From NCBI GenBank assembly GCA_002269645.1, contig NIVC01003771.1, forward strand, positions 13,710 through 77,709: a stretch of 64,000 nucleotides of DNA, read 5' to 3'. This document shows, piece by piece, positions 1-12,933 of this stretch; positions within the stretch are counted from its first letter, which is position 1; the number at the start of each line of letters is the position of its first letter. Made by a program: the position numbers and the translations under genes. The notes below the pieces were generated by a model that was given only the letters and a program-made list of their open reading frames with translations, had not been told where the DNA came from and did not search any database. The DNA is from Macrostomum lignano (Eukaryota).

Positions 1-40
1 GAATTTGTATTTTTAGTATGATAGAAGATAAGCTACTTAC

Positions 41-2293
41 ACTGTTCAGTAGTATTTTCTGTGTGTTAAATTAAATAAAAACATTTGTCCAGAAAAAATA
101 TGACCCGTAGAAGGGAATTTTCTAACGTCAGATACTAGCATCCCCTTTGACCCTTGGCATCTCAGCAACTTCACCCGTGAGCATTGGCATCGCAGTAACT
201 CCAGCCGTGAGCATTGGCATCAGCAACTTCACCCGTGAGCCTTGGCATCTCAGCAACTCCAGCCGTGAGCATTGGCATCTCAGCAACTTCACCCGTGAGC
301 ATTGGCATCTCAGCAACTTCACCCGTGAGCATTGGCATCTCAGCAACTCCAGCCGTGAGCATTGGCATCTCAGCAACTCCAGCCGTGAGCATTGGCATCT
401 CAGCAACTTCACCTGTGAGCATTGGCATCTCAGCAACTTCACCTGGGAGCATTGGCATCTCAGCAACTCCAGCCGTGAGCATTGGCATCTCAGCAACTTC
501 ACCCGTGAGCATTGGCATCTCAGCAACTTCACCTGTGAGCATTGGCATCTCAGTAACTTCACCTGTGAGCATTGGCATCTCAGCAACTCCACCTGTGAGC
601 ATTGGCATCTCAGCAACTTCACCTGTGAGCATTGGCATCTCAGCAACTTCACCTGTGAGCATTGGCATCTCAGCAACTCCACCTGTGAGCATTGGCATCT
701 CAGCAACTCCACCTGTGAGCATTGGCATCTCAGCAACTTCACCTGTGAGCATTGGCATCTCAGCAACTCCACCTGTGAGCATTGGCATCTCAGCAACTCC
801 ACCTGTGAGCATTGGCATCTCAGCAACTCCACCTGTGAGCATTGGCATCTCAGCAACTCCACCTGTGAGCAGTGCTAAAAAGCTCAGCAAGAAGCCACTG
901 GGTAATGTCCCCAGCTATTTTCCCAGGCACAGACAGAAAAGACAAATGCTAATAAATTAATAATAATAATAATAATAATAATAATTAATAATAATAGACA
1001 AATGCATTACCAGAGCAGAATTGACTATCAGGGAAGCGGCCAGTGCCAGGTGGCTGGCATAGGTGGCGATCATGATTGGCACAAAGCTTGCCAGCATGCA
1101 TTTCTTAGGCCAGACAGCAGTGCAGACTCCCAACAGGCCAGCCAGTCCAAGGCAGCCGTGCAGGCCAATGCACACATACTTGGCTATAGCTGGCACCTCT
1201 TTGCTGAATGGTGGTTCAGCCAGCACCACATAGATTGCTGCACCACACAGGCCACTGCTGATTACCTATGAATAGAGGTTAGGGTTTAACAAATTAAAAC
1301 CAATGATATTAAAGCAAATAAAAAACATAATTTCATTTTTAATTATGCTCATGTATGTAAAATTATTTTACTATACAAGAATTTGTACTTATTATATTAT
1401 ATTTCCAATTTTTCTATGGGTTTCTACGACTTTTTATATAATATACTAAAAAATAAAATATAGAAATCATTAAAATAAAAAATATTAGATTTTTTATAAT
1501 ATAAAGTATAATATATAAATAGGTAGATAAAAATTTATTAAAAATAAACTATTTAAAAGTTTAAAATTAAAATGAAATGTTATATTTTGCATGACTATGA
1601 GGTATCTTAATTACAAACTAATTGCATAATCTATATTCTAGCCTTTGACTTTTGCCAAAAATTTTATAGATTACAAAACTATAAATATAACCAAATATTA
1701 GGCATTTATCAATTTTTAAAACAAATTTATTTTTATTTTTAATTTATATTGAAGATAAAAATACTGTTTAATTAGCAACAGTTCCTAAGTCACTAAAATC
1801 TTTATAAATGTGTTGCAAATTTTTTGTAAAGAAAACATCAGAAAAAAGAAAATAATAATTTTGAACTTTTATTTATTATATTAACTAGAAATGGCTAAAA
1901 ATTGTAAATGGAAAAAAATAAAAAAACAAACTATTAAACAAATAAGTTTTTGTTTTTATGCAATTATTTAGTAGCAAAATAACATTTCATATTATAAAAA
2001 TGAGTTAAAGTATAAACAAAAACTTAAATTTGTATACAAATTATTAAAATACACCCAAAAAGTATTTAATCAGTTAATGACTACCACTAGATCTCCTTTA
2101 AATAATTCCAGCCGTGAGCCTTGGCATCTCAGCAACAATTATGTAAAAAGATTCACACATTGGATCTTAAAACAAAACACTAGGAATAGTATAGGACAAG
2201 TTAAAGTTACAGGTTAAAATTGTTACTTACCACGAAAATTACATTGAAAATTACTAGAAGAATGCGAGTAAGCTTTAAACAACTTTCTTTCAT
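41..2293 (-). CDS. Tetraspanin-family membrane protein, 5' part (TM1-TM3); continues beyond the left edge
   Basis: Exon1 2293..2231 MKESCLKLTRILLVIFNVIFV ends at a gtaagt donor (phase 0, typical tetraspanin first intron after the N-x-x-F motif). Exon2 1265..1011 (catag/gtaatg) VISSGLCGAAIYVVLAEPPFSKEVPAIAKYVCIGLHGCLGLAGLLGVCTAVWPKKCMLASFVPIMIATYASHLALAASLIVNSAL resembles the TM2-loop-TM3 pattern G.LG.C.A....C.L..F. Probable 18-nt exon 58..41 (KILLNS; cacag/gtaagt). CCG motif not seen in the window. Confidence 0.8.
152..870. repeat. 30-bp minisatellite (GAGCATTGGCATCTCAGCAACT(C/T)CA(C/G)C(T/C)GT), about 24 copies
   Basis: Direct 30-bp periodicity; one unit has a 2-nt deletion near 221. Confidence 0.97.
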
Positions 2294-5200
2294 TTTACTG
2301 CTGCTGTTACTGTTGTAGCAGTAGCAGGCTAGAATTATTTGTTATTGTTACCTTGGGCTTGACTTATCACTTGCCACTTGCTTTCTATACACTTTATGAA
2401 TAAAAAATATATCTATATTTTCAATCGAAATCTAAGCAATATATGTAAGAAAAAGTCATTCAGATTCAAGACTATATTTATCTGTTTGGCCTTATCAAAA
2501 CTTCAAAACGATAAAAGCAATGGTGCTCAGAATGTATGATTTGCCGAAAGGGTCGACCCGAGTCCAGCCGCGATTTCTAAATATTTTCATAAGTTAAATT
2601 GTTGCCATTTTATTACTGCAATGACGCCGGTGATATTACGCTTTTTGTTAAGGTTCACTTATACCACTACGAGGCTCTTCATATGATTAAGGCCGGGAGG
2701 CCCATTATGTGTGATCGACTTGCACATCTCTCTCTCTCTCTCTCTCACTTCCTTGTACTTCAGTTTGGGTTGGGAATTAGTGGCTGAGCCTTTACGGTGT
2801 TTTTTTAGAGAATAGACAAAAATAGAATTTAAAGGCAATTTTAAAACTGCGAACAAAATCCAAAGCCAAGTTCGACTCTAGCTGCTGGCCAGCGATCGCA
2901 GATCATGGTCCAAAAATAATACTAGCTGTAGCTGTCAAATGTTAAAACTCTTGCCTATTGTAATTAACAGCCAAGTTTTTTCCTGTTATAGATCTTCTGC
3001 TTGAGACTTACAAGCATACTTGCCTCCAAAAGGCCCTGGCATGAGCGTAAGGCTCAAATATCAGAATTCTCCGTGCCGAATATTATTCAAGGCAGTGTAT
3101 TTAATATTCAACGAGAACGCATAGACACAATGCAGAACAAAAAATAGCTTGAGCATGGCAGGGCAGTTTCTCTCCCCCAAACCCCCAAAGCATTTGCTGC
3201 GAGTCTTCTGTGCCACGCGCCCGCAGGCTGCTGGCGCGGCCCTCAAAACTTAGCTTCGCTATTGTCCCCCCTGGGCCTTGAGGCCAATTAACCAGTCTAG
3301 AGCTGATTTGCTCGGGCAGCCCCGGTCGAGACTCGACAGAGGTCGCAGGGTCGCTGCGATGTAAGCTGCACTTTTCCAGTGCTTACAATAAGTGTGGGTG
3401 GAGTGTTAGCATTCCTCTACTGACAAAGTAGAGAGTAGAGGAGGTAAACGCAAAAATAGCCCAGTGTCGCATTGGCGAAGCATCCAATAAAAAAGTAGGG
3501 GCTACTACTTCTTACGCATATAGTTCTGATCAGGGAATACAGCATGGAGGCGTCGTTTCTTGTACAGGTGTACGCGTACATGTAGATCTTTGATACCTGT
3601 AAAACGTTTATGGATTTCTGATCTGGCGCAATTGCTTTTGATGGGAAAGATTTAGCTCGATTTTTAGCAATTACACATGCATGTACATGTACAATGTATT
3701 ATTTAGATACTGTATTTAGTTTTTAGTAAATAGCATTAAATTAGCTTTCAAAAAGAGAATTGAAAAGTAAAGTAAAACTCGAATGCCCATACATGTACTT
3801 CTGGATCAGGGGCATGTTGCTCTTATAGTTTTATTTGAATTCTGAAAATCAAATCCAGCTCCGAGGTAATTAGTAAGAAGCTGTTTTTCTTTTCAAGCGT
3901 TTTTTTTCCTTGTAATTAGATTGAGCTACTGCATGCGTTCCATTTTTGCGAAGAAAAAGGAATTGTAGCTGTATAAAGCCTTCTTATACTCAGAGTGCTG
4001 TAGTTAAGGCTAAGTCAGTGCATTTGCGTAAAAAAGCGAGTTAAATGCGGAAATGAAATAAAATTCTGTAAAAAACGTAAAGCAATTAAGATGATTAACA
4101 TTGAAACTAACAAAATATTTTTCGCCCAATAACGGCGAATAATGCAAAGAAATGTTATATAAAACAATAAAGTCTAATCCTTCCCTGATCAGGTGTCGGA
4201 ACGTTTTAAAAGTGGCGGACCAGGTACCATGATGCCCCCCACTTGGCCATGGCCCCCGCCCCCCGTCTAGAATGTCCATCCAGATTGATAATTGAAATCG
4301 AAATCCAGCAAGGACAGGGTTGGTGACCTGGCCATACATAACCATACTGTACGAATGTATTTAAATCTGCTAAACTGCATGATCTGACTGGATTTGACGA
4401 TCTGACGATGTTGAGAAAAAAATTTTTTTGTCCAGTATCAAATTATACTTTAAAACAAATCATAGATTTAAATTTTAGCAATTTCATCCGCTTATAGCGG
4501 AATAGAACAAGCGAGAATTTTGCGTGTTTCTTGTTTCTATTTTTTACAGCTTCTATCTAGAAATACTGTACATGTGAATCTACTCCGGACAAAAAGACAT
4601 CCTTGCAAAACGGACGGTCTAGTACATTTAGGTGCAGAGAGAATGGTCAGTTAAAGTACTAGAAACTGAAAATTTCTTACCATGCAAAAATCCTACATGT
4701 TGTATATATGTATGCCTAAGAAGTTTCCAGTTTTCTATACTGCCTTTAGTGACGGATTTTATTATTTGCTTTTTCTGAAAGCGCGCCCTACATCCAGGTG
4801 CAGGTGCGGAGTCCTGCATCTCTGCATGGCTTTACTAAGAACTACTCAGACCTACGAACCCCGTCGCACGCTGCTACTGCCAATCAATAGCACGACCCGT
4901 CAGTGCAGCACTCCAGCGCCTCCTTTGGGTCCGGATTTAAATTGCTTTTATGTTTGTTTTAATCAAGCTGCATGCATTCCTAACACGCGCGCCGCCGACT
5001 TCGAGATATCGCATGACGTCACACTGTGAGTACAAGAGCCTGCCAGGCGGCGGTGACTTTGGGTGAAATTGGACTAGCTCCAAGTGTTGAGCACGATTCG
5101 ACCGTGCCGCAATTGTAATTGTAATTTGAGCCAGGGAGTCGCGTCTGTTTGCCAACACGCAGAGATGGAGGTTGCTTGACCCTTGGTCAGGTCGAGAGTA

Positions 5201-7790
5201 TTTGGCGTCTGTTTTAAAATTTGGGCCGCAATCTCAGCCTTGGACTACTGAGAAATTACAATCAGAACTTGTAAGATGAACCAACAAATAGTGTAATTCC
5301 CTGTTAAGTCTAAATTCCCATATACTTGCACAGGAGTCAGTCTCCACTCGTATATTGCATCGCAGTTCGGCAAGACGTTTCTTTTACACATTCGCCACTG
5401 CTCAGACGCTTGAACGGTGCTTGCTTCCTTAGAAATTTATCAAAGGGCATGCACGGTCGGATGCAGACAGTGCCGTGTGCTTTTGCGCTGTTAGTTCAAA
5501 GACTAGAAAGACGAATGCGGCACAACACCGTATAAAGGACATGCGAGAAGACAGCAACACCAACACACAACGTAAACCAGCAGAGACAACACATGAGCTC
5601 AAAAATACAAAACCAAGAGAGCAGCAAGCGAGAACTCCGGCCGAGAACTATAGCGGCAATAAATATGGCGAGACACAGAATGTGCAAGTCACGAAAATCA
5701 CCAAGGTTCCACGTCTCGCGGAGACAAAAGGGAAGACAGGAAGTTCAGTTCAAAGCTTGTTCGTATTTTTTATATTCAGTTCAGACTTATGGCAGCTTGC
5801 ACTGTAGACTAGAATGCTATGCTGAATAACCTGTAATGATTTTAGACAAGAAAAAATGGCTTGCTTTGATGCAAACAATCGGCAGCCCATATCTTGAAGC
5901 AATATCGTTGAACGCGGTCTGTTAAATTACAAGCATCAGCCTTTGAAAATGCTATTCGTCAAGATCTTATTGCTTGATTTCTGCTTTATAAGCAGCCAAA
6001 TCTGGACAGCAAACGATCCCCAATTATCTAATATATATTACTACTATAAAGATTGAGCTCTCTAGTTAAAGCCTCGTAATCCTGTAATCGGACCCTAAAG
6101 ATCTCACGTACACAAGTTTGCGCGTGTCATTCTTAAGATCGAAGCGAATAGATGATAGACACCAAACTCACCGAGTAACATAAGTGGGCAAGATAGAACG
6201 AAATAATATACCTGAGTGGCACACGGGAGGCAGGTACGATAAATTGAGTCCACTAAATTAATTTGCAAGCCAATTAGTTGCTAAAGGAAGGAACTGCAGC
6301 AAAATACTCAACGACTAATGGCAAAGTGTCCCCGTGTACTTTGCTTTGTTCTTACTGACAGTGCATGCTGGAGAATATCCACCGCTATTACTGTGGTAAA
6401 TACGACGTGCACTTTTACAAGTAGAAGTGCGCGCAACCATAGACAAAACGGACAAACATTACATCAGACCCAATGGGTCAAGGGAGGTCAGCTGCTGGCT
6501 GAGCCTGTTTACGCTTAGTCACCAACAAATCCAAATCCAAATCGTTTCCAGAATCAAAACTGCCTTGATGAGCTGCTGTTTCACTCTGTACTTTTACGCA
6601 ACTGCCGTCGGCTTCGGGTCTTGAAATCTTATTCGCTCATTAACTCGTATTTTTGAAGCGCGATGACCTTGTGAACAATTTTTAGCTGATTATCGAAAAT
6701 TTAAGCAGACTAGCGTTTTTTTAGGAAGCTTTCTAGTCGATTTCTGCTTCGTCTGCAGGGGAGAGTTATCGATTTTTAGTTCATTTCCAGGCATTGGCGC
6801 AGAGAAGCTGACCCCTTCCCGCTAGCTGCTATGCCGACTCAGATGAATCGGACAGGCCGAGGAGAAACGAAAGGAGCATAGCGACCGAATAATTGAATGG
6901 CTGGAAAGACAGACAGAGGGACGGGCAGACGGACAGACAATAAGACATGCAGGTAGACATTGAAGACGGGTAGGTACTGAGAAAAACATACTCGAGGCAG
7001 CGAGACGGCATGTAATGAAATGACGCAGGGGATTGCAGCAAACGGACTTTCGACATGAAGTTAGTTACCATGCAGCTGTTGCAGATGCTGTTCAGAGGTT
7101 AACTGTAGCAGACTCCACTGTTTGCACCATCGTTCTGGCTTAGCTTAAAGCTTCTTTTCTACGAGCTATTCAGAATTTGCATCCGGCCTGGCCAAGCCAG
7201 ACGAAAAAGGGATCGTATTTCACGCCGAAGAGGATTCTGTTCTGTCAGACTGCTTTCCCCTGGCCTCCCGTCGGCGCGCTGGGCAAGACAAGGACGCGGT
7301 TTGGAATTCGTCTTACACGAAGCGTCGCCTTTCAACTCCTGTACTCAATAGTCGATGACGAAGCGGCCCGAGGCGGGTTCTGTTCTGAACTGCTTCTCAA
7401 CAGCTCCGCTACATGTAGATGACTGTTTTTTCTTCACTTACTGCTGCTAGACCTCGGGTAGCGATTCGTGAACGGGTTTTAAGACAGTTTTTTTAAAGTA
7501 AACCGCCTCCGCTGCACCAGTAAAAAGCTGCTGGTGAAAGAAATGAAAGGAAATATAAGTAAAAACTGCTTTGCCTGCGGCTCTGGGTTTACGGACTAAC
7601 GAGCCATTGTATATTTGCGAGTTGAAATGCCTGTCTCCAGGAAATTGTAACACTTTCTGGTACAGAATTTCCTTTTCATGCTTGGGGTGTCATCTCGGTT
7701 TCAATTTGCCATGCGAAAGTTACAATCGAATTGGGGTGACTTCTGTTTGATCAGCTGAGAATGCTTGACTGCGTGTTTTCAAACTGAAAG

Positions 7791-8383
7791 TCAGTCATCA
7801 TTGCTGAAAAACCGCTTGCCCATGCGGATGTAGCTCGCTCGTTTGTCGGCTTCATCAAAGGGACGTTTGCCCATGCGGATGTAGCTTGCTCGCTTGCCCA
7901 TGCGGATGTAGCTTGCTCGTTTGTCGGCTTCATCAAAGGGACGCTTGCCCATGCGGATGTAGCTCGCTCGCTTGTCAGCTTCATCAAAGGGACGTTTGCC
8001 CATGCGGATGTAGCTTGCTCGCTTGCCCATGCGGATGTAGCTTGCTCGTTTGTCGGCTTCATCAAAGGGACGCTTGCCCATGCGGATGTAGCTCGCTCGC
8101 TTGTCAGCTTCATCAAAGGGACGTTTGCCCATGCGGATGTAGCTTGCTCGCTTGCCCATGCGGATGTAGCTTGCTCGCTTGTCTACATCCTGATTCGATG
8201 GCTTGTCGCAGTTATCACAGGCGAAACCGAAACCCACCAAGGATGCGGCAATTAGTAGGAGAATCTTAGCCAGCTTTACCTGAAAGTTAACGATAGGTAT
8301 TTGCAATTGGAACCTAGCCGAGACCAAAAAAGTCCCTGGTCACTATGTCAAATCTTATTGCACGATTGCGAGTTTCTTACCAT
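7791..8383 (-). CDS. Secreted neuropeptide precursor (163 aa): 9x ASYIRM-amide, 5x PFDEAD spacers
   Basis: Exon1 is the ATG alone (8383..8381, aaaaATG|gtaaga); intron 8380..8280; exon2 8279..7791 after a tttcag acceptor. Signal peptide MVKLAKILLLIAASLVGFGFA; each ASYIRM is followed by Gly (amide donor) and KR. Confidence 0.95.
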
Positions 8384-9579
8384 TTTTGAGAGCTTCTCGC
8401 TGCGCTTTCCACCAGGTTCACTGGAAGTCTTGACTCTACAGAGAGCTGTGTCTTAAAGTTCCTTCGGGTGGGGGAAGACTGACATGGTACGGATAACCCC
8501 TGTTTCTCCGCATCGCTTCCAGCCAATCAGCATGCGAGCCAAGAAGCCAATCAACCGCGAGTGAAAATCTGGCTGACACGCACTCAGGTACTCCTCATAG
8601 CATTCCTAGCAACATACCTGGGTTCCCCTACCACCAAAACAGCTGGTGAAAAATAACTAGCCAAGACTTTCTTTGGAGCAAATATCCGTATTTAGAAACA
8701 CTCAGTCTAACTGCAGCTGCAGTTTGTCAGCTGCCACTCCAGCAGCTCCTCGGGTTTTGTTCTCATCAATTTCTTGCTGCAGCCTTGAGTCTTCTTAAAC
8801 AAAAGACCCTCTCACTGTTTACCTGCTAGCTAGAGAAGAGAGACAAATGTCGCCAAGTTTAGAGACACTTGGAGTAGCGACAAAATTATCTCATTGCGAA
8901 CAGAAAAAATTTGATGGGAAAGGCAAACTAAAAGACAAATTAGCTTGCCTTTCCCGCACAGCAGAGCAGGTCCAGGCTTGAGTCATTATTCTCATAATAA
9001 AACTTCTAAATAAGGTAGGAAACAAAAGCCAAAATTTTTGTGAGCCAAGAAAATTCATGCAGAAAAATAAATTCGCTCAGAAAAGTTCTGCGAGAGAAAA
9101 GTTTCAGATTGAAGTTCTTCAACCGCAAGCCGATCTCCCTTTCTTCCCCTTTACTCCCTCCCCTTCATTCAAGCACAAATCCATCTTCTATCGCCGTCTT
9201 CGGTATTTGGGCCAAAACTTGACAAGGCATGATGAATGCGGCTGCAAAACGCTGCGTGCCACCTCACTTCTGAGCGCTTTGCCCGAATATGCTGATCAAA
9301 TTCTGAGCTTAGTCTCACTCTGGCCTGGACGCTCCGATGAACTGAGCGCTTTAAGCGTGCGCCATATTTTTTTAATTCAATACTAACGAAACCGCTAGTG
9401 AAGGAGTCGGAGTTTCACTCTTTAGTGCAGGCTCAGAACTGATCGGCTGTTGCAGGCAACAATAACAAAACTTGAATAAATTTTCGAATGCATTCTCCCG
9501 GCATACACAGTTATGGTTGCAATAAATCATCAACGCAAATGATGCGATGTGAGCATCCCTCTTGCCAATCAGTCAGTCC

Positions 9580-11775
9580 CAACCAAGCATCCCTCAGTCC
9601 CAACAAAGCATCCGTTAGTCCCAAACAAGCATCCGTCAGTCCCAACCAAGCATCCGTCAGTCCCAAACAATAATCCGCCAGTCCAAACCAACTATCCGTC
9701 AGTGCCAACAATCCGTCAGTTCAAACAAAGCATCCGTCAGTCCCAACAAAGCATCCGTCAGTCCCAACAATCCGTCAGTCCCAAATAAGCATCCGTCAGT
9801 CCCAACAAAGCATCCGTCAGTCCCAACAACCCGTCAGTCCCAACAAAGCATCCGTCAGTCCCAACAATCCGTCAGTCCCAACCAACAATCCGCCAGTCCC
9901 AACCAAGCATCCGTCAGTCCCAAGCATCCGTCAGTCCCAACAATCCGTCAGTCCCAACCAACTATCCGTCAGTCCCAACAATCCGTCAGTCCCAACCAAC
10001 TATCCGTCAGTCCCAACAATCCGTCAGTCCCAACAATCCGTCAGTCCCAACAATCCGTCAGTCCCAACCAAGCATCCGTCAGTCCCAACAATCCGTCAGT
10101 CCCAACCAAGCATCCGTCAGTCCCAAACAATAATCCGTCTGTCCCAACCAAGCATCCGTCAGTCCCAATCAATAATCCGTCAGTCCCAACCAAGCATCCG
10201 TCAGTCCCAACAATCCGTCAGTCCCAACCAAGCATCCGTCAGTCCCAACAATCCGTCAGTCCCAACCAAGCATCCGTCAGTCCCAACCAAGCATCCGTCA
10301 GTCCCAAACAATAATCCGTCAGTCCCGACCAAGCATCCGTCAGTCCCAACCAAGCATCCGTCAGTCCCAACCAAGCATCCGTCAGTCCCAACAATCCGTC
10401 AGTCCCAAACAATAATCCGCCAGTCCCAACCAAGCATCCGTCAGTCCCAAACAATAATCCGTCAGTCCCAACAATCCGTCAGTCCCAAACAATAATCCGT
10501 CAGTCCCAACCAAGCATCCGTCAGTCCCAAACAATAATCCGTCAGTCCCAACCAAGCATCCGTCAGTCCCAAACAATAATCCGTCAGTCCCAACCAAGCA
10601 TCCGTCAGTCCCAAACAATAATCCGTCAGTCCCAACAATCCGTCAGTCCCAAACAATAATCCGTCAGTCCCAAACAAGCATCCGTCAGTCCCAAACAATA
10701 ATCCGTCAGTCCCAACCAAGCATCCGTCAGTCCCAAACAATAATCCGTCAGTCCCAACCAAGCATCCGTCAGTCCCAACCAAGCATCCGTCAGTCCCAAC
10801 CAAGCATCCGTCAGTCCCAACCAAGCATCCGTCAGTCCCAAACAATAATCCGTCAGTCCCAACCAAGCATCCGTCAGTCCCAAACAATAATCCGTCAGTC
10901 CCAACCAAGCATCCGTCAGTCCCAGCAATCCGTCAGTCCCAAATAAGCATCCGTCAGTTCAAACAAAGCATCCGGCAGTCCCAGCCAAGCATCCGTCAGA
11001 CACAAACAATAATCCGTCAGTCGCAACAAAGCATCCGTCAGTCCCAAACAATAATCCGTCAGTCCCAACCAAGCATCCGTCAGTCCCAAACAATAATCCG
11101 TCAGTCCCAACCAAGCATCCGTCAGTCCCAGCAATCCGTCAGTCCCAACCAAGCATCCGTCAGTCCCAGCAATCCGTCAGTCCCAAATAAGCATCCGTCA
11201 GTTCAAACAAAGCATCCGGCAGTCCCAGCCAAGCATCCGTCAGACACAAACAATAATCCGTCAGTCGCAACAAAGCATCCGTCAGTCCCAAACAATAATC
11301 CGTCAGTCCCAACCAAGCATCCGTCAGTCCCAAACAATAATCCGTCAGTCCCAACCAAGCATCCGTCAGTCCCAGCAATCCGTCAGTCCCAACCAAGCAT
11401 CCGTCAGTTCAAACAAAGCATCCGGCAGTCCCAGCCAAGCATCCGTCAGACACAATCAATAATCCGTCAGTCCCAGCCAAGCATCCGTCAGTACCAACAA
11501 AGCATCCGTCAGTCCCAACCAAGCATCCGTCAGTACCAACAAAGCATCCGTCAGTCCCAACCAAGCATCCGTCAGTACCAACAAAGCATCCGTCAGTCCC
11601 AACCAAGCATCCGTCAGTACCAACAAAGCATCCGTCAGTCCCAACCAAGAATCCGTCAGTCCCAACAAAGTATCCGTCAGTCCCAACCAAGAATCCGTCA
11701 GTCCCAACAAAGAATCCGTCAGTCCCAACAAAGCATCCGTCAGTCCCAACAAAGCATCCGTCAGTCATAAACAAG
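9580..11775. repeat. Compound 17/21-bp satellite, core (A/C)ATCCGTCAGTCCCAA, about 2.2 kb
   Basis: Continuous CCGTCAGTCCC core with 21-nt and 17-nt variants; 244-bp duplicated block near 10916-11400. Confidence 0.97.
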
Positions 11776-12933
11776 CATACGCAAGAAGTTCCTCTGTCCC
11801 ACTTTTCAGCTCAGTATTAGATACATTCAATGTATTCCAGTCGCAGCAGTTTATTGCAGCAGAGGCTGGGCCAAGTTCAAATAAAGCTCATAATTATTCA
11901 TCTCACTTGTTAGCGCAGTTGGTAGGCAGGGCACGATCACCGGAAAGAAACTTTCGATCTCGAGTGCTAAGAAGCAAAGGGAGCTTTGCATCTAAACTAC
12001 TCTCATAAAATCCCCAGTGCCCGCCATTTTAGGCTTGCTCAGCCTTCTCCCATCTGGGTCAACTTGCCACCGGAAAGACTTAAGCTTTGGCTTTAGGATA
12101 AGTTCTAGCCTCCGGGATGTCGCATTTTTGTGCAACTCCGCTGAGCGCAACTCTGAGCGCGAAGCTGCAGTAAAAGCATTAAAATTGCTACTTTTGCTCG
12201 TTGCTCATTGATTACTGGCAGCAGAGGCAACGCCCTGTCAGTCTTTGGGGCCGCTTTGTCCCGGCTTGAGGCTGCTGCTGCCAGTCAGACGAATTAGAAG
12301 AGAAATTTGGCTGAATTCGTCAAGCCTAGAAGGGCGGACAGCAGCAGCAGCTGCTGCAGAGTTTGGAGAGGCCCTCCGCAAGGCTAACAATGTGCAAACA
12401 TCAGCGAACCTGCACCCCCCTCTCTAACCTGCTGCTGGCGCTCCCACAGGACTGTCTCCGTGGGATAACTCCCGCCAGGCAGCATTCGGAAACAAAGGAC
12501 TTGAAAAAAAAGTACGAAGATAAGCATGAAATTCTAAGAAACCAAAGGAAGTGAATACAACAGAGGCAAAAAGCTGCATGGGATGCAGCCCCCTGTTGTA
12601 TACGCTGTATACTTAGCCTCCTTTATTATTTGCTAGAAAGAGTTGCAACAAAAATTCGTTTGCAAAGAAATGGGGTAGCGGGGAGAGTTTACCGACTGTG
12701 GGCCGACCAAATGGACGAAATCTTCTGGCGAAACTGCCGAAACGCATATTATCTACATGAATATTAAACAGTAAATTAGATTATAGTATGCAGAAATGAA
12801 AATAATATACAAAATACGAGGCTATTCAGTAAATAGAGAGTTTTAAATACGGATTGAGAACCAGCCTTTATTTGATAGTCACTCTTTAGTCATTCATCGA
12901 TCACTCTTTAGTTACTCGACCCGCGAGCTCAGG

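Noticed and set aside
4670-4700. Spliced-leader RNA gene (TGCATG|GTAAG on minus strand; similar at about 7070)
   Set aside because: Only the terminal GCATG/GT resembles flatworm SL; the upstream leader and a proper Sm site are absent.
3516-7420. Splice-site-bounded open segments (e.g. 3596..3516, about 4715..4681, about 7087..6993 on minus strand)
   Set aside because: Could not be joined into a phase-consistent recognisable protein; may be UTR or real exons, but unsupported without RNA data.
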